Below, piece by piece: positions 15,064 through 27,826 of a stretch of 64,000 nt of DNA (positions are counted from its first letter, which is position 1; each line of letters begins with the position of its first letter). The stretch is from NCBI GenBank assembly GCA_964016885.1, contig OZ024747.1, forward strand, positions 78,678,001-78,742,000, written 5' to 3'. The DNA comes from Eledone cirrhosa (taxonomy: Eukaryota). The notes beneath the pieces were generated by a model. The model was not told the DNA's origin. It saw only the letters and a program-made list of their open reading frames with translations, and made no database searches. Made by a program: the position numbers and the translations under genes.

Positions 15064-15292
15064 TGATCAAAAGAACTTCTATTTTATTAATATTTATATT
15101 CTAATATTAATAACTCTGGAAAATTATTTTCCGTAGAGTGCTTCCAATCTACTGTAAAACTCATTCTTTGATATACTCATTGAATTTTGTTTAACTCTTC
15201 AATAATATATATATATAAACGTCAGCAAATGGAAGGCAGAGAAAACATACCTCTCTTCATTTTTATTTGAAAATCAAAAGAAAAGAAGTTAG

Positions 15293-15478
15293 AAAACACA
15301 GCTTTCTTGCTGTATATTAAAACACAGCTTTCTTGCTGTATATTAAAACACAGCTTTCTTGCTGTATATTAAAACACAGCTTTCTTGCTGTATATTAAAA
15401 CACAGCTTTCTTACTGTATATTAAAACACAGCTTTCTTGCTGTATATTAAAACACAGCTTTCTTGCTTTATATTAAAA
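15293..15478. repeat. 26-bp minisatellite, 7 copies, beside a splice donor
   Basis: aaaacacagctttcttgctgtatatt, with unit starts every 26 nt from 15293. Confidence 0.95.
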
Positions 15479-15494
15479 TGAATCCAAGAATCAC

Positions 15495-15558
15495 CTGTTT
15501 TAAGAACATCTTTTTCTGTTCTTGTTGCTGCTGTTGGTGATGTGGCTGCTGCTGTTGC

Positions 15559-15589
<31 letters not shown>

Positions 15590-15693
15590 GCTGCTGTTGC
15601 TGGAGAAACATAGACTGTTGCTGTTGTTGCTGTTGTAGTAGAGGATGCTGAAGTGGAAGAGGAGCAGACTGGGTTCGACCTAGTGGGCGATGC
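15495..15693 (-). CDS. HDAC4: HDAC4 exon with RPLGRTQSAPLP (S467-type 14-3-3 site) and polyQ
   Basis: tttccAG acceptor, GTGAT donor. 199 nt, phase 2 to 0. (R)HRPLGRTQSAPLPLQHPLL-Q7-SMFL-Q19-PHH-Q5-EQKKMFLKQ. The supplied ORF 15421..15735 reads this exon in the wrong frame. Confidence 0.96.
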
Positions 15694-16138
15694 CTGGAAA
15701 ATTATGAAAAAATAAAACATGTTTAGATATTGCACCTAGTCTGTGTCATGAACTGATGACTCTGCTAACTTATCATATTGCTAATGAAATCTCCTGTATT
15801 TGAATTAGTCATTAAAGAACTTGGATTGATTTACTAAAGTTATTAAGATGTTATTTATAACATTCAAGGTTGATTAAAAAGTACCAGTCTAGCACTGGGG
15901 TCGATTCTTCCTCTATGTCTTACTCACTTCCTTTCTCTCACTCTCTATCTTTATCTGGAAGAAATCTGTTGTATTCAGACCTGGAGAAGAAATGGGCTCT
16001 GCCAGGTAAAAAATGCCCTAGAAATGCTGTATGTCAACATGGCACCCTTACAACTCCCCTAATATTATCTTTAAATAGCAAAGAATTTTATCAATAAATC
16101 AAATGAATTCAAAAGCAATAGTCACATGGCTAACTTAC

Positions 16139-16307
16139 CTTAGACGAGCATGGGCGACCTGGGCATCAGATATACCAGAACTCACAGAACTTGGAATTGA
16201 GTAAGGACTCACGAGTGGAGAGGCTAATTTTCCAGTTCGACCATCTTCAAATGCTTTCATTTGTGCAGGTATGAATGCTTGATTTTGAGGAAATTCTCCA
16301 TCAATAA
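16139..16307 (-). CDS. HDAC4: HDAC4 exon (linker ending DAQVAHARL)
   Basis: ttttcttcaAG acceptor, GTAAGT donor. 169 nt, phase 1 to 2, open frame (V)IDGEFPQNQAFIPAQMKAFEDGRTGKLASPLVSPYSIPSSVSSGISDAQVAHARL(R). Confidence 0.9.
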
Positions 16308-17413
16308 CTTGAAGAAAAGAGAAAAGTATTTTTTATAGAATTATTTATTCTATAATTTATTTTCTCTTCTAGTTGTTGTTTACAATATTCAATATGTATA
16401 ATAAACCCTCTTGTTACCATATTCTAATGAAATAGACTGTATTCTAATTAACTAATGAAGAATCTAGATGAATAATTAGTGCATTGTCAATATTGCATTT
16501 GTAACAAATTATGAAAGGGTTCCAATATAAAATTATGTTGAAATGTTTTGAGTTGTTCTTCACATAACCAGTGCCAGTTCTGGGTGGGTTAGTTTCAAAA
16601 GGTTAAGCAAAATTACATATTCAAGTTGAAGTTTAGTTAAACTTTTTTAATACATATCTTGTAATGCATCTAGACACATTATCAGAGATGTTACTTGAGG
16701 TCAATGGAAGTTAGAGGTCTTTCAACCACCAGATATCCTCACTGAAGTGACCCAACAGAAGTTAATGAAGCTCCAGCTTAACTCTAAACATACTGCAGTT
16801 ATTTAACAGAAAACATCTAAAAACAGGTTTGTTAATTTAAATGTTTATATATAGTATCTTTGCTTGTGGACAGATCATTGGGAAAATTTGCAGCATTAGA
16901 GTTAAGGCTTTACTTTTTAATGTGATACAGTCATGGTGTTCTTTTATACTTTTCAAGAATGTCTTACTAATGCAGTTTCATGCAGTGTAAGATGTTAAGA
17001 ATTATATCCAGGTAACACTACACCAGATACTATTGACTACCACCTTAATCCATGGCTCTCTATATCCAGGTAACACTACACCAGATGCTACTGACTCCAT
17101 CACCTTAATCCATGGCTCTCCTCCCTTGACCCACAGTTATCGCAAAGCAACTTCAGCTGCTTCATTGGCTAACTTCCCCTATTAAACCCTGTGATGGTCC
17201 AGCATGTTGTAGGCCTTGCAGAATGTCCAGCTAGTGAACCATCTACACCCTACCTCAATGGGCTTGCTCACCACTAAAATGGCAGCAGTAGATAAGAGGA
17301 TGACATTAGTCTTATTTAGTACATTAGTCTTATTTAGTTGATGCATTTTTTTTTTAAATTTCAATTAATGAGATTTTTCAGAGAAAATATGTTGAAAAGT
17401 AATAATGGCATAC

Positions 17414-17549
17414 CATGGCGAGTTGGGTAGTATGGTAAAGCATTTGTTAGCATATGACTGGTCAATGGCAGGTTATACCTGGCAACATTCATGGCACGGA
17501 CATCAGCATCAGTCAAACCTGATGAAGGGCTACTGTTGCTGCTACTTCC
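17414..17549 (-). CDS. HDAC4: HDAC4 exon (linker)
   Basis: tcttgcAG acceptor, GTATG donor. 136 nt, phase 0 to 1, compatible with both neighbours. GSSSNSSPSSGLTDADVRAMNVARYNLPLTSHMLTNALPYYPTRH(V). Confidence 0.87.
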
Positions 17550-18549
17550 CTGCAAGACAAGTTGAAAGAGATATACTGAATGAAGAGAAGTATTTCAAGA
17601 TGTAAAGTTGTAACAACTTTAGTTATCACAACTAGATAAAATAACTGTAACAAAATATAAGAGTGACAATGATATAACATTCATTTTAGAATCTTGTAAT
17701 GTGGCTGGGATGACATGAAATTTTAAGAGGCAACACTTATCCTCCTCCTCCTCATCATCATCATCATTTTACATCTGCTTTCCATCCTGGATGCCATTCC
17801 TAACACCCAGCCACAGAAACCATGACAAACACTAAGAAATCTTGATTCATTTCCATTTTTCTTTTTAATTCTCAAGAAAATATTTCTTAGTATATTGGGT
17901 ATCTCTTTCACCAAATAACTATCAAATCAATAAGAATTTACCTGAGTAGAGACAATATTTAATGGTAGAAGACACCAACAAATGTAAAAAGACTCCTTTT
18001 GTTGCATGTTCAATTTAACAGGAAAGTTCTTTTTTGCTAAGAATACACACACACATATCATCATCATTTAATGTCCATTTTCCCTGCTAGCAAGGGTTGG
18101 ACAGGTTTTCACAGACTGAGTCTGTACAGAAGCAGAGTTACTGACATCCCAGACAGGCTGGAGGTTCACATCTCACTTATATATGGTGTTACGCTCTACC
18201 AAGAACATTTTATACATATAGTTTCTAGGTTCCTAAAATATAAAAAGCCAAGATTGCTAATTGGAAAGCAGAAATATAAAAGAAAACTAACTCTACTATT
18301 AGCAGCATATTGTATTCCAAAGGAGGGCTATTTTCCTTAGGTACCTTATCTGACCAAGAGTATAACAAAGAATGACTTTTAATAATAGGAAGAATTGTTT
18401 TTCTCATCATATGTCCCAACTAGTATTTCTTTGTATTTATATCTAGCTGATGTAACAAATAAAAAAGATGGAATTATTTAAGTTTATCTCAACTATTTTA
18501 ACAGCATTTTCTTATTATTAGATAGAAAATTTGGCCAAATGCAACTTAC

Positions 18550-18672
18550 AGTAGAGGTGGGAGGTCGTCCAAGAGAAATGTTTGGCATGGAAGGTGATGT
18601 GTATAAACTGATATCTGCTCCTTGTTGAACAATACTGGTTTTATATAACTGGAAAGGATAGGAACCATTATC
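18550..18672 (-). CDS. HDAC4: HDAC4 exon with SLYTSPSMPNISLG (S350-type site)
   Basis: ttgcAG acceptor, GTAAGT donor. 123 nt, phase 0 to 0. DNGSYPFQLYKTSIVQQGADISLYTSPSMPNISLGRPPTST, compared with human LYTSPSLPNITLG. Confidence 0.96.
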
Positions 18673-18979
18673 CTGCAATAAAGATTAGCATATAATTAGT
18701 GAATCATTTTCTAATTTCACAGGTGTGTAAATAGGAGACTACTGTCAAATGAAAGATTACCATCATTATTATTACCAATAAGGGCAGTGAATTAGGAGAA
18801 TTGTTAGAGCAGCAAATAAATGCTTTGTGGTATTTGTTCTAGAGTGAAAATGTATTGTGTACACTTTGTTGAATGGCTGTCAGTCAAAAAGTAACAATAC
18901 TATATCAAGGACATGAAAACCTCTCTAGTGCTGGTGTCATAATAAAAAGCACCCAGTACACATTGTAGTGTGACTGGTG

Positions 18980-19325
18980 GTCCATTTCCATGCTTAAATG
19001 ACTTTGGCGGTTCTTCTGCAACACAGCATTTCACAGTTTGTTGTAGTTCTTTGTTATCTACTTGTGAGGTTCAGGCCTCTTGAGATCAGGCTTCACTACT
19101 ATACTCCATGTCTTTCTTGGTCTCCTTTTTAAGATCACTTCTTTATACAACTAACATCTTCCATGTGTATCACATGTTCACACCATCACAGTGTCCCCTC
19201 TTGTGCATTACATTTGATTTCTCTCACACCCAATGTTTTTCTCAGTTCATTTGTATTCCATTTTCATACAAATTAACATTACACATCCAGCAAATCATAC
19301 TCATCTCATCTCTTTCCAACTTTTG
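18980..19325 (-). mobile_element. Degenerate RTE/RTE-X LINE 3' fragment
   Basis: Minus strand gives KLERDEMSMICWMCNV... and RPRKTWSIVVKPDL, typical of RTE ORF C-terminal regions, with frameshifts. A similar relic lies near 3745-3870 (+). Confidence 0.55.
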
Positions 19326-19528
19326 TAAATCCCCAATAATTAAGAGAAATTCCAATAAAACTCATGCAAACAATGAGAAGGGGGGAGAAAGAGAGAAAGA
19401 GAGAAGCAGGGAGAAAGAGAGAGGCAGGGAGAAAGAGAGGGGCAAGGAGAAAGATATAGATAGGTAGAGTGAGTGAGAGAAAGAGAGAGAATGAGAGAGG
19501 AGAGAGAAGGAGACTGAAAAATATTTAC

Positions 19529-19629
19529 CTCTTTTGATTGGAGGGATGTTAGGCTTCCATTTGGAAGTGTACCACTTGGTGGAGAGTTTGGGCCCGAGTC
19601 TGGGTTACTGTTACATATGGAGGAATCTA
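19529..19629 (-). CDS. HDAC4: HDAC4 exon (DSGPNSP Ser/Pro-rich)
   Basis: ctttttAG acceptor, GTAAA donor. 101 nt, phase 1 to 0. (I)DSSICNSNPDSGPNSPPSGTLPNGSLTSLQSKE, compared with human DSACSSAPGSGPSSP. Confidence 0.92.
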
Positions 19630-20488
19630 CTAAAAAGATACGAAACCATCTTTTAGAAGAAGAAACGATACATCATGATATTTTCAACTTATAAATTAAA
19701 CTATCTTACTATGATATAAGATTTAAATTTCCATATTTTGATATTTTTAGAAGACATATAAAAATACAATATAAACTCTTTAAAGATAGGAGTACACACA
19801 GTAGGTAAAATGGTAGAAAAAAAAAACAGGAAAAGAACAAGGTAATTTTCATCATCCTTCACAGAAATTAGAATATGCTTGTGTGTGTGTGTATTATATA
19901 TATATACACACACACGCTGGGTTCTTAAACACAAAACACGAGACGACTTGTTCATCAGGTCTACTTTAAATTCAAGCACACTATAATGATAAACATTTTG
20001 TGATAGAAACAAAATTGTATTCTTATGCTAATTCCTTCATTAAATAGTTAAGGATATAATTGTTTCTACTTTAGGCACAAGGCCAGCAATTACCCAGTGC
20101 ATTACTGGTACTTTACAACTTTATTAGAGTAGTAAATCTTCATAGCTAGATACACTAGATGCTTCAAAGTGGCATTTCCATTGCAAATATATAATGGTTT
20201 CTTATTTAGGCACAAGGCCAGCAATTTTGAACTGGAGAATCAATTAAATAAACCCAGTACTTGACTGGTACTTTATTTTGTTGCCCTCGGAAGGATAAAA
20301 GGCAAAGTTGACCTCAGCGGGATTTGAAACCAGAACTTAGAGTGCTGCAATGAAACACAGCATCTGCCAAACCATTGTCCTATTGAAAATATATATTGCA
20401 AACTGTTTCTAGAGGCATTGAGTTATCTCCTTGAGCATAGCATTGAATTCTAATTACTTAAGTTTTCATGGATGGAAATATATCCTGT

Positions 20489-20745
20489 TTAACCTTTTCA
20501 TTAATATATTTCTAATGAAATACACTGCTTATGTGTTTTAATTAATTTAGAAAATAACCCAAATTTTGAAGAAATTTAATAAAATAACTAAGGTTTTCAT
20601 TAGTAAGTTGATATTTAGAACATAAAAAAATGTCTAAAATAAAATTATGATGGAAAGTTTTAATATAAGGATAAACATTTTGATATGCGAATGTTGTATC
20701 ATAAATCCAGGGCAGTTTCAGGTGAGATGGTATCAAAAGGGTTAA
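20489..20745. mobile_element. TTAA-flanked MITE family 3 (old, abundant)
   Basis: TTAACC(C)TTT...ATTTCTAATGAAATACACTG ... GGTATCAAAAGGGTTAA. Other copies near 1877-2128, 7341-7531, 10267-10502, 16405-16606, 21276-21512, 37708-37958, 43185-43436, 48718-48864, 49958-50579, 54000-54576 and 58927-59143. Confidence 0.7.
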
Positions 20746-21967
20746 CTCTTTCCTTATTATATTTTTGATGAAAGACACTACCATATCATTTCCTAATCAT
20801 TTAAAAAATAATGAAGACTTTGAAAAGATTTAGTAAAATAACTTTCTTATTATTAAGCTGGTGCTTAACAAAAGTTCTTACATAAAATTATAATAGAAGA
20901 TATAAACACATTAAAACAAAGTCTTATGTAATAGAACCAGATGTGGTTTTATGTAATTTGGTATGAAAGGGGTTAAATATATCTCTACTGAGAAAGAAAT
21001 CTGAATTAGGCAAAGTCTTTTTGTAAAAGGTAATCCATGCCAAGATAATTTATTAGCTCAATGAACTAATAAAAAGAGATAGCTTGAATAGTTTACAATA
21101 AAGTAACTGATCAGAGTTACATTTTATGTTTGCATTTTCTCTCTATTTTTACACATCAAACAACATAATATCTAATTTCTTATAAGAAAACTAGATAACC
21201 CACTTTATATGAGACAGCTTAAGATATTAAAACACAAAGTAATTTATCTGCTCCAACATACATTTCAGCTTTACTTTAATCCTTTTGTGACCATATTTCT
21301 AATGAAAAATATTGCCTATGATTTGCAAATGAATTTGGAAAGATTTAGTAAAAATAACTAACTTTCCCATCACTAAGCTAGTGTTTGGAGTAAAACAAAG
21401 GTATTTATATAGAATTATGATAGGTTTTTAGATCAATATAAACATTTTAATACACAGTTTAGTATTGAGAAACCAAGGGTGGTTTTAGCCAGTTTGGTAT
21501 CAAAACAGTTAAACAAATAAATACAATCAACTCTTAGCACTCAACTATGATTGAATCTACTTCTCCTGTCCCAAACTTCAACATTATCAAAGAAATCAAG
21601 TCATATTGCTAGCTTCCTAAAGATAATCCTGAGAATTAACAGATATTTATTGTTTTATTTACCTAGACACTATATAATAAACCAAATATAGATAGAAGAA
21701 AAAAATACTACAAAGGCACAAGTCTCTTCAATGTAGGATTTGAGAGTAGATCTAATTTATTGAAAAAATGAATTCACAGACACACAAGGAGACAGACAGA
21801 CAAATGCTTCACAAATATAGCACTATATAGAGTTGTGAACAATTAAAACATTTATGGAGTGAAGTTAAATATATATTTAGCTAAGATAACTGAGCTCAGA
21901 AGCCAATAGAACAACCAGTAATTGTATAATAAATGAATGATACCTTGACATCAATGTTGCTGCAATG

Positions 21968-22200
<233 letters not shown>

Positions 22201-22789
22201 CACATCAGTATAAGGAAGAGAATTTCTAATTTATCTTAGGACAAAGAAACCATTGCCAAATCAGCTCTCTTTTATAATGAGGCACATACAAAGGGTGGCT
22301 TTAGTAAGAAGCTAGTTTACACAAAGGACACCCTGCAACCGAGAATCAGAGAAGAGTCAGGAAGAGGAAATAACAAATCTCCATTAACATAACCAGAAGT
22401 TTACTAATGCACCACTCCCTACCAACACACAGTACAGTACTATAATATCTTTATTGCACACAATGTTAAAATTAACAATTCTTGTACAATGAAATATCGC
22501 TATTTAGGGACACAAATCTACATATCGCATCTTGAAATTGATGAAATGAATTCATTTCTCCACTTGAAAGGAGAGATAATCCAAGCAAAAGTTACACAAC
22601 CTGACAGTATCCAGGGGAACTACATAGGGTGTATTGTTAATGACTTTAAGGAATATTACAATGAACATCTGCACTACTTTAGGCTTAGGAACAGAGAAAT
22701 CCACTTCCCTATGTTGATTTATCTGGAAGCTTAGGAACCATGGACACCATCAGCCAAAATATAATTAGGAATGTAATGAGAGAACAGAT

Positions 22790-24088
22790 CATGTAACTGT
22801 AATAGTATTGACATAGCTACTCTATATTGCAATAGATCCTGTAACTGTAATAGAAATAGTATTGAAAGAAGGATACTCTATATTCCATAATGTAACTGTA
22901 ATAGTGTTGAGAGAGCTACTCTATATTCCATCATCTAACTGTAATAGTGTTGAGAGAGCTACTCTATATTCCATCATGTAATTGTAATAGTGTTGGGAGA
23001 GCTACTCTATATTCCATAATGTAACTGTAATAGTGTTGAGAGAGCTACTCTATATTCCATCATGTAACTGTAATAGTGTTGGGAGAGCTACTCTATATTC
23101 CATCATGTAACTGTAATAGTGTTGTGAGAGCTACTCTATATTCCATCATGTAACTGTAATAGTGTTGAGAGAGCTACTCTATATTCCATCATATAACTGT
23201 AATAGTGTTGAGAGAGCTACTCTATATTCCATCATCTAACTGTAATAGTGTTGAGAGAGCTATTCTATATTCCATCATCTAACTGTAATAGTGTTGAGAG
23301 AGCTACTCTATATTCCATCATGTAATTGTAATAGTGTTGGGAGAGCTACTCTATATTCCATAATGTAACTGTAATAGTGTTGAGAGAGCTACTCTATATT
23401 CCATCATGTAACTGTAATAGTGTTGGGAGAGCTACTCTATATTCCATCATGTAACTGTAATAGTGTTGAGAAAGCTACTCTATATTCCATCATCTAACTG
23501 TAATAGTGTTGAGAGAGCTACTCTATATTCCATCATGCAATTGTAATAGTGTTGGGAGAGCTACTCTATATTCCATCATCTAACTGTAATAGTGTTGGGA
23601 GAGAGCTACTCTATATTCCATCATGTAATTGTAATAGTGTTGGGAGAGAGCTACTCTATATTCCATCATGTAATTGTAATAGTGTTGGGAGAGAGCTACT
23701 CTATATTCCATCATCTAACTGTAATAGTGTTGGGAGAGAGCTACTCTATATTCCATCATCTAACTGTAATAGTGTTGAGAGAGCTACTCTATATTCCATC
23801 ATCTAACTGTAATAGTGTTGAGAGAGCTACTTTATATTCCATCATGTAATTGTAATAGTGTTGAGAGAGCTACTCTATATTCCATCATCTAACTGTAATA
23901 GTGTTGAGAGAGCTACTCTATATTCCATCATGTAATTGTAATAGTGTTGGGAGAGAGCTACTCTATATTCCATAATGTAATTGTAATAGTGTTGAGAGAG
24001 CTACTCTATATTCCATCATGTAACTGTAATGGTGTTGGGAGAGAGCTACTCTATATTCCATCATCTAACTGTAATAGTGTTGAGAGAA
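22790..24088. repeat. 43/45-bp minisatellite, about 28 copies plus degenerate edge
   Basis: ctactctatattccatcat(g/c)taa(c/t)tgtaatagtgttg(a/g)gagag, head-to-tail with no spacers. Confidence 0.97.
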
Positions 24089-25996
24089 GTGAGTTTCTAT
24101 TGACTGTTTAACTCAGCAAATAACTTTTGAAACACTAACCCAATCTGATGCATAATAGAGTTTAAGGAAGAAAAGTGCTTGAAAGAATTGCAGCTTCCAT
24201 CTTTATCATGCTTTTCATTGCTTCCATTACCATCTCAATACTAATTTCTTAAGTTCCTCTGTTTTATTTGGGGTAAGCTCTCTCAGTCTCATGCATATTT
24301 CCTTCTGAACAATCTATCATAGTGACATAACTATTTGATTTGTTTAGACACATCATCATTATCATTTTAATCTATTATTAATGCTCGCATGGGTTAGACA
24401 GGCTGTCGCGTTGTGAGACTAAAATGGTCAGATGACTATATCTTGCTTGTTCGCTCCATTTTTGGCTTGGTTTTTATGACTGGATGCCATTCCTAATACC
24501 AATCACTTTATAGCATGTATTGGGAATAGTTTATTGTGACTCCGGCACCAGCATCTTACTGAGTAGACTAGGTGTACTTTATGGTGGCACCAGCACTACG
24601 TCATTTCAATAGTAGGGAGCTAGGTGTGTCCTTGGTTGAGTTGGGAGGCATTGATGGAAGTGTGAGGAGGGGGTTAAAGAAATGACTACTAATTTGATAT
24701 ACTTCTCATCAACTCAACCTATTCTCTGCATTTTTCATAGTAAAGATAACATTTATCTTCCTGTCTCACTCCTATCTTCTTTTGAACTACCTATCCAGAG
24801 CAATTGTTAGTATCTTGCCACAAGCTGTCCATTAGGAACACTAGAGAAAGTTCTTTATTTATAAATGTCTATCTAAACAAGCATCTACTTCAGCCATTTG
24901 GTCCTGGTTTTGAATTAGAACACACAAATCACAAATATTACACTGAAGAGAACATTCTTCACCAAAAGTAAACATGATATTGCAAACATAAAAAGAAAAA
25001 CTATGTTGTTTCTTCTGACTGGCAAAATAATTTTCATCACAAAACTTCTAATTCATTTTGCATTTCATGCACACCAGGGTATCCAGCCTGATACCTCTCA
25101 GCATGCCAATTATAATACCTTGCTTTGATGAAGATATCCTCGTCATCTACCTGTTAGATACTTCACATGAAGGTTTTGTAAGTGTGCTGATTATATCTAG
25201 ACTTAACACATTAACTTTGTTGTTGCCAGATGGCATTTATATATTTGACATTTTACCAATTTATCTAAACACTTTACAACTCACTTTAACATGCTACATT
25301 TTTTTTGGTGAACTTTCAAAATTAAGTTTTCAACATTTTCTCACTCTTTACAAAACAACCTATTGGAATTTAGCTATCAGTAGTGTCACATACATGCACA
25401 CATATACGTGTGCATCCACACATACATGTGCATACACACACACTAAACTTCAGAGAGATAATGTTTCTTACTCAACAAATTACAGAAAATGGAAAATTAT
25501 GTAAATTTTGGTTTTTCAATAAGTTCAGCAAGCACTGCACTAATGATTCATGAGTAATACATAACAAATAAAATAAATAACATAAGTAGTAAAACTCTTC
25601 AATAAAGACTATTTGAAAGTAATAGTGTATACTACTATCAGTCAAATAGAAAGATTAATTAAAGCTGGAACAACAAAAGCTAAGCTGTCTACAACAGGTT
25701 TTGATAGGGAAATCAAAATAACAGAACTTATCATAAATGATGTTTTACCAGGTTCTTGTATTGATTTATATAATATAGATTAGTAAAGAGGAAAAAAAAA
25801 GTAAGAAAAAAAAACAACAGAAACAAGACATGCATATCAGACAAAAACGAAAACAAATTATTTGCAATCTTCAAGCAGCAACAAAAGACAAAAAAATGGG
25901 ACATGCAGAATCAATCCTTATAGAAACGGTCTAGATATAAAGAATTATAAAAATCATACAAATGAAACAAAAAGTAAAGAAATGCCTTACGATATA

Positions 25997-26043
<47 letters not shown>

Positions 26044-27368
26044 TCACATATATCCTTTTATGTCTATTTCCATGCTGACATTGGTTACATACATACACCA
26101 TGCACGTATACATATTCACACACACATCTTTGGGAAAGTAAAGCACCCAATGATACAAATATTTTTTTTAAATCCATCTAACTTTATGAATGAAAATCTG
26201 TGAGAATAAAACTATATTGATTTTCAAGAAAGGGAAAGAGTATTGTTTTACATTCAATTTTTCATGATAGTCTGGGCAGATTTTTTTCCTTTGTCTATTT
26301 AGATTTTGTAAATTTATATATCTGTTCACTGGAATTTCTTTTTAAGCTGAATGTTCTTCATACTGCTAAGTATTCTTCACGATGGAGGAGTGTAACATAT
26401 TGTCAGGGAGACAATACAATGACAGTAGAAAGGTTGGAATATAAGGTCAGTAGTAGAGAAACCAAATGATAGATTTCAATTTTATTTTATAGAAATTTGT
26501 CTTGCAAGGAGCTGTCTAATTTATTTTAGGATCAAAATTGTAGTACATTAAACAAATAATAGATATACACAGGTTATCTGTTTAAGTTCTATGATGCATT
26601 TCAAGCTATTAGTTATTGTGAGATATCCTGTGATCAGAGCTTAAATGTAACTTAATAAAAGAAGAAAACAGCACTTCAAAAACAAAAAAAAAGAGTGATA
26701 AGAAAGGGGTCCAAAAGTTGCAATGGAGCAATATGACCCTTTTTTATGCAATTTATTCAATGCTCTATAAATATATACCATGATATAAAATATATTTCAA
26801 ACAAGCCAGCTGTTATGAATAAATTAGTCAGTTTGATGTAGCTCAATATACAGAGCAGTTCCAAAATAACTTATTACCAAAGTAGAATTCCCTACCCCAT
26901 GACAATATTTCTATTTATGAAGTCCTATATTATAAAGTAATAATTTAATGGAACATGTTTTGTTATTGTTGTTGTGTTGATGTTGTTTTATTACAGTAAG
27001 TAGCTTTCTAGCATCCTGCAATTTGTGACATATTGATACAAAGTCTTGAAACAGTTTCGGAATGATTCAATAGTAGATTATTAGAGTAAAATACAGCTTA
27101 ATTCAATGATGAAGAAGAGAAAAACTCTAATAGAATTACAATGTAACTGCATATAAGATTTAGTTTAATTAGGAATCTCATGTTTATATGACAAATCTAT
27201 AGAATCATCACTAATTGTTCTTAGTCTTATTAATATCTAGAAAATATTGAATTGGGTAATTTCTTTCAAGATTATATGTGTGTATGTGTACATACACAGA
27301 CACAAACTGAACATACTGCCTTACCCATATATTGAAACACCTAATGCACACATGCACACACACACACT

Positions 27369-27423
<55 letters not shown>

Positions 27424-27771
27424 AGAGATTTGCCAAGATACTAAAACAGCCATTCCAGAAGAGTAGTACGCTCAAATGTTCAACAGTTTCTGATAGTGAT
27501 AGAAAGGATGGAAGTAAATGTCTTTACATAACAAACATGAAAGACAGGCTGATGCTATTAGAAAGACACCTCAGATGTACATAAACTTCAACACAATTAG
27601 TAGGCAGGATATTTTAGATTAAAAGAAACAGATTAGAAAAAAAGATGAATATGTATGAAGTATGGAAGAAATGTTTATAACACTCAAAGTATACCGAGTT
27701 AAATACAGAGTTACCGAGATTAGTAATAAGTTTACCCCTTAGCTTTCTCTCTCAAAAAAAAAAATAATAAT

Positions 27772-27826
<55 letters not shown>

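Larger units (their letters stand above)
14684..15205. mobile_element. Non-coding Penelope-like element remnant (inverted terminal-repeat arrangement) within (TA)n
   Basis: 142-bp inverted arms 14684-14825 and 14966-15107 with 1 mismatch, 140-bp spacer, about 100-bp tail, (TA)n on both sides, hammerhead in each arm. The family assignment is inferred. Confidence 0.6.

Noticed and set aside
22489-22734. 81-aa ORF with YRYLG motif
   Set aside because: At most a decayed LINE fragment, with similarity too weak to call.
22790-24088. Possible CRISPR array
   Set aside because: Head-to-tail units without unique spacers, in a eukaryotic intron with no cas genes.
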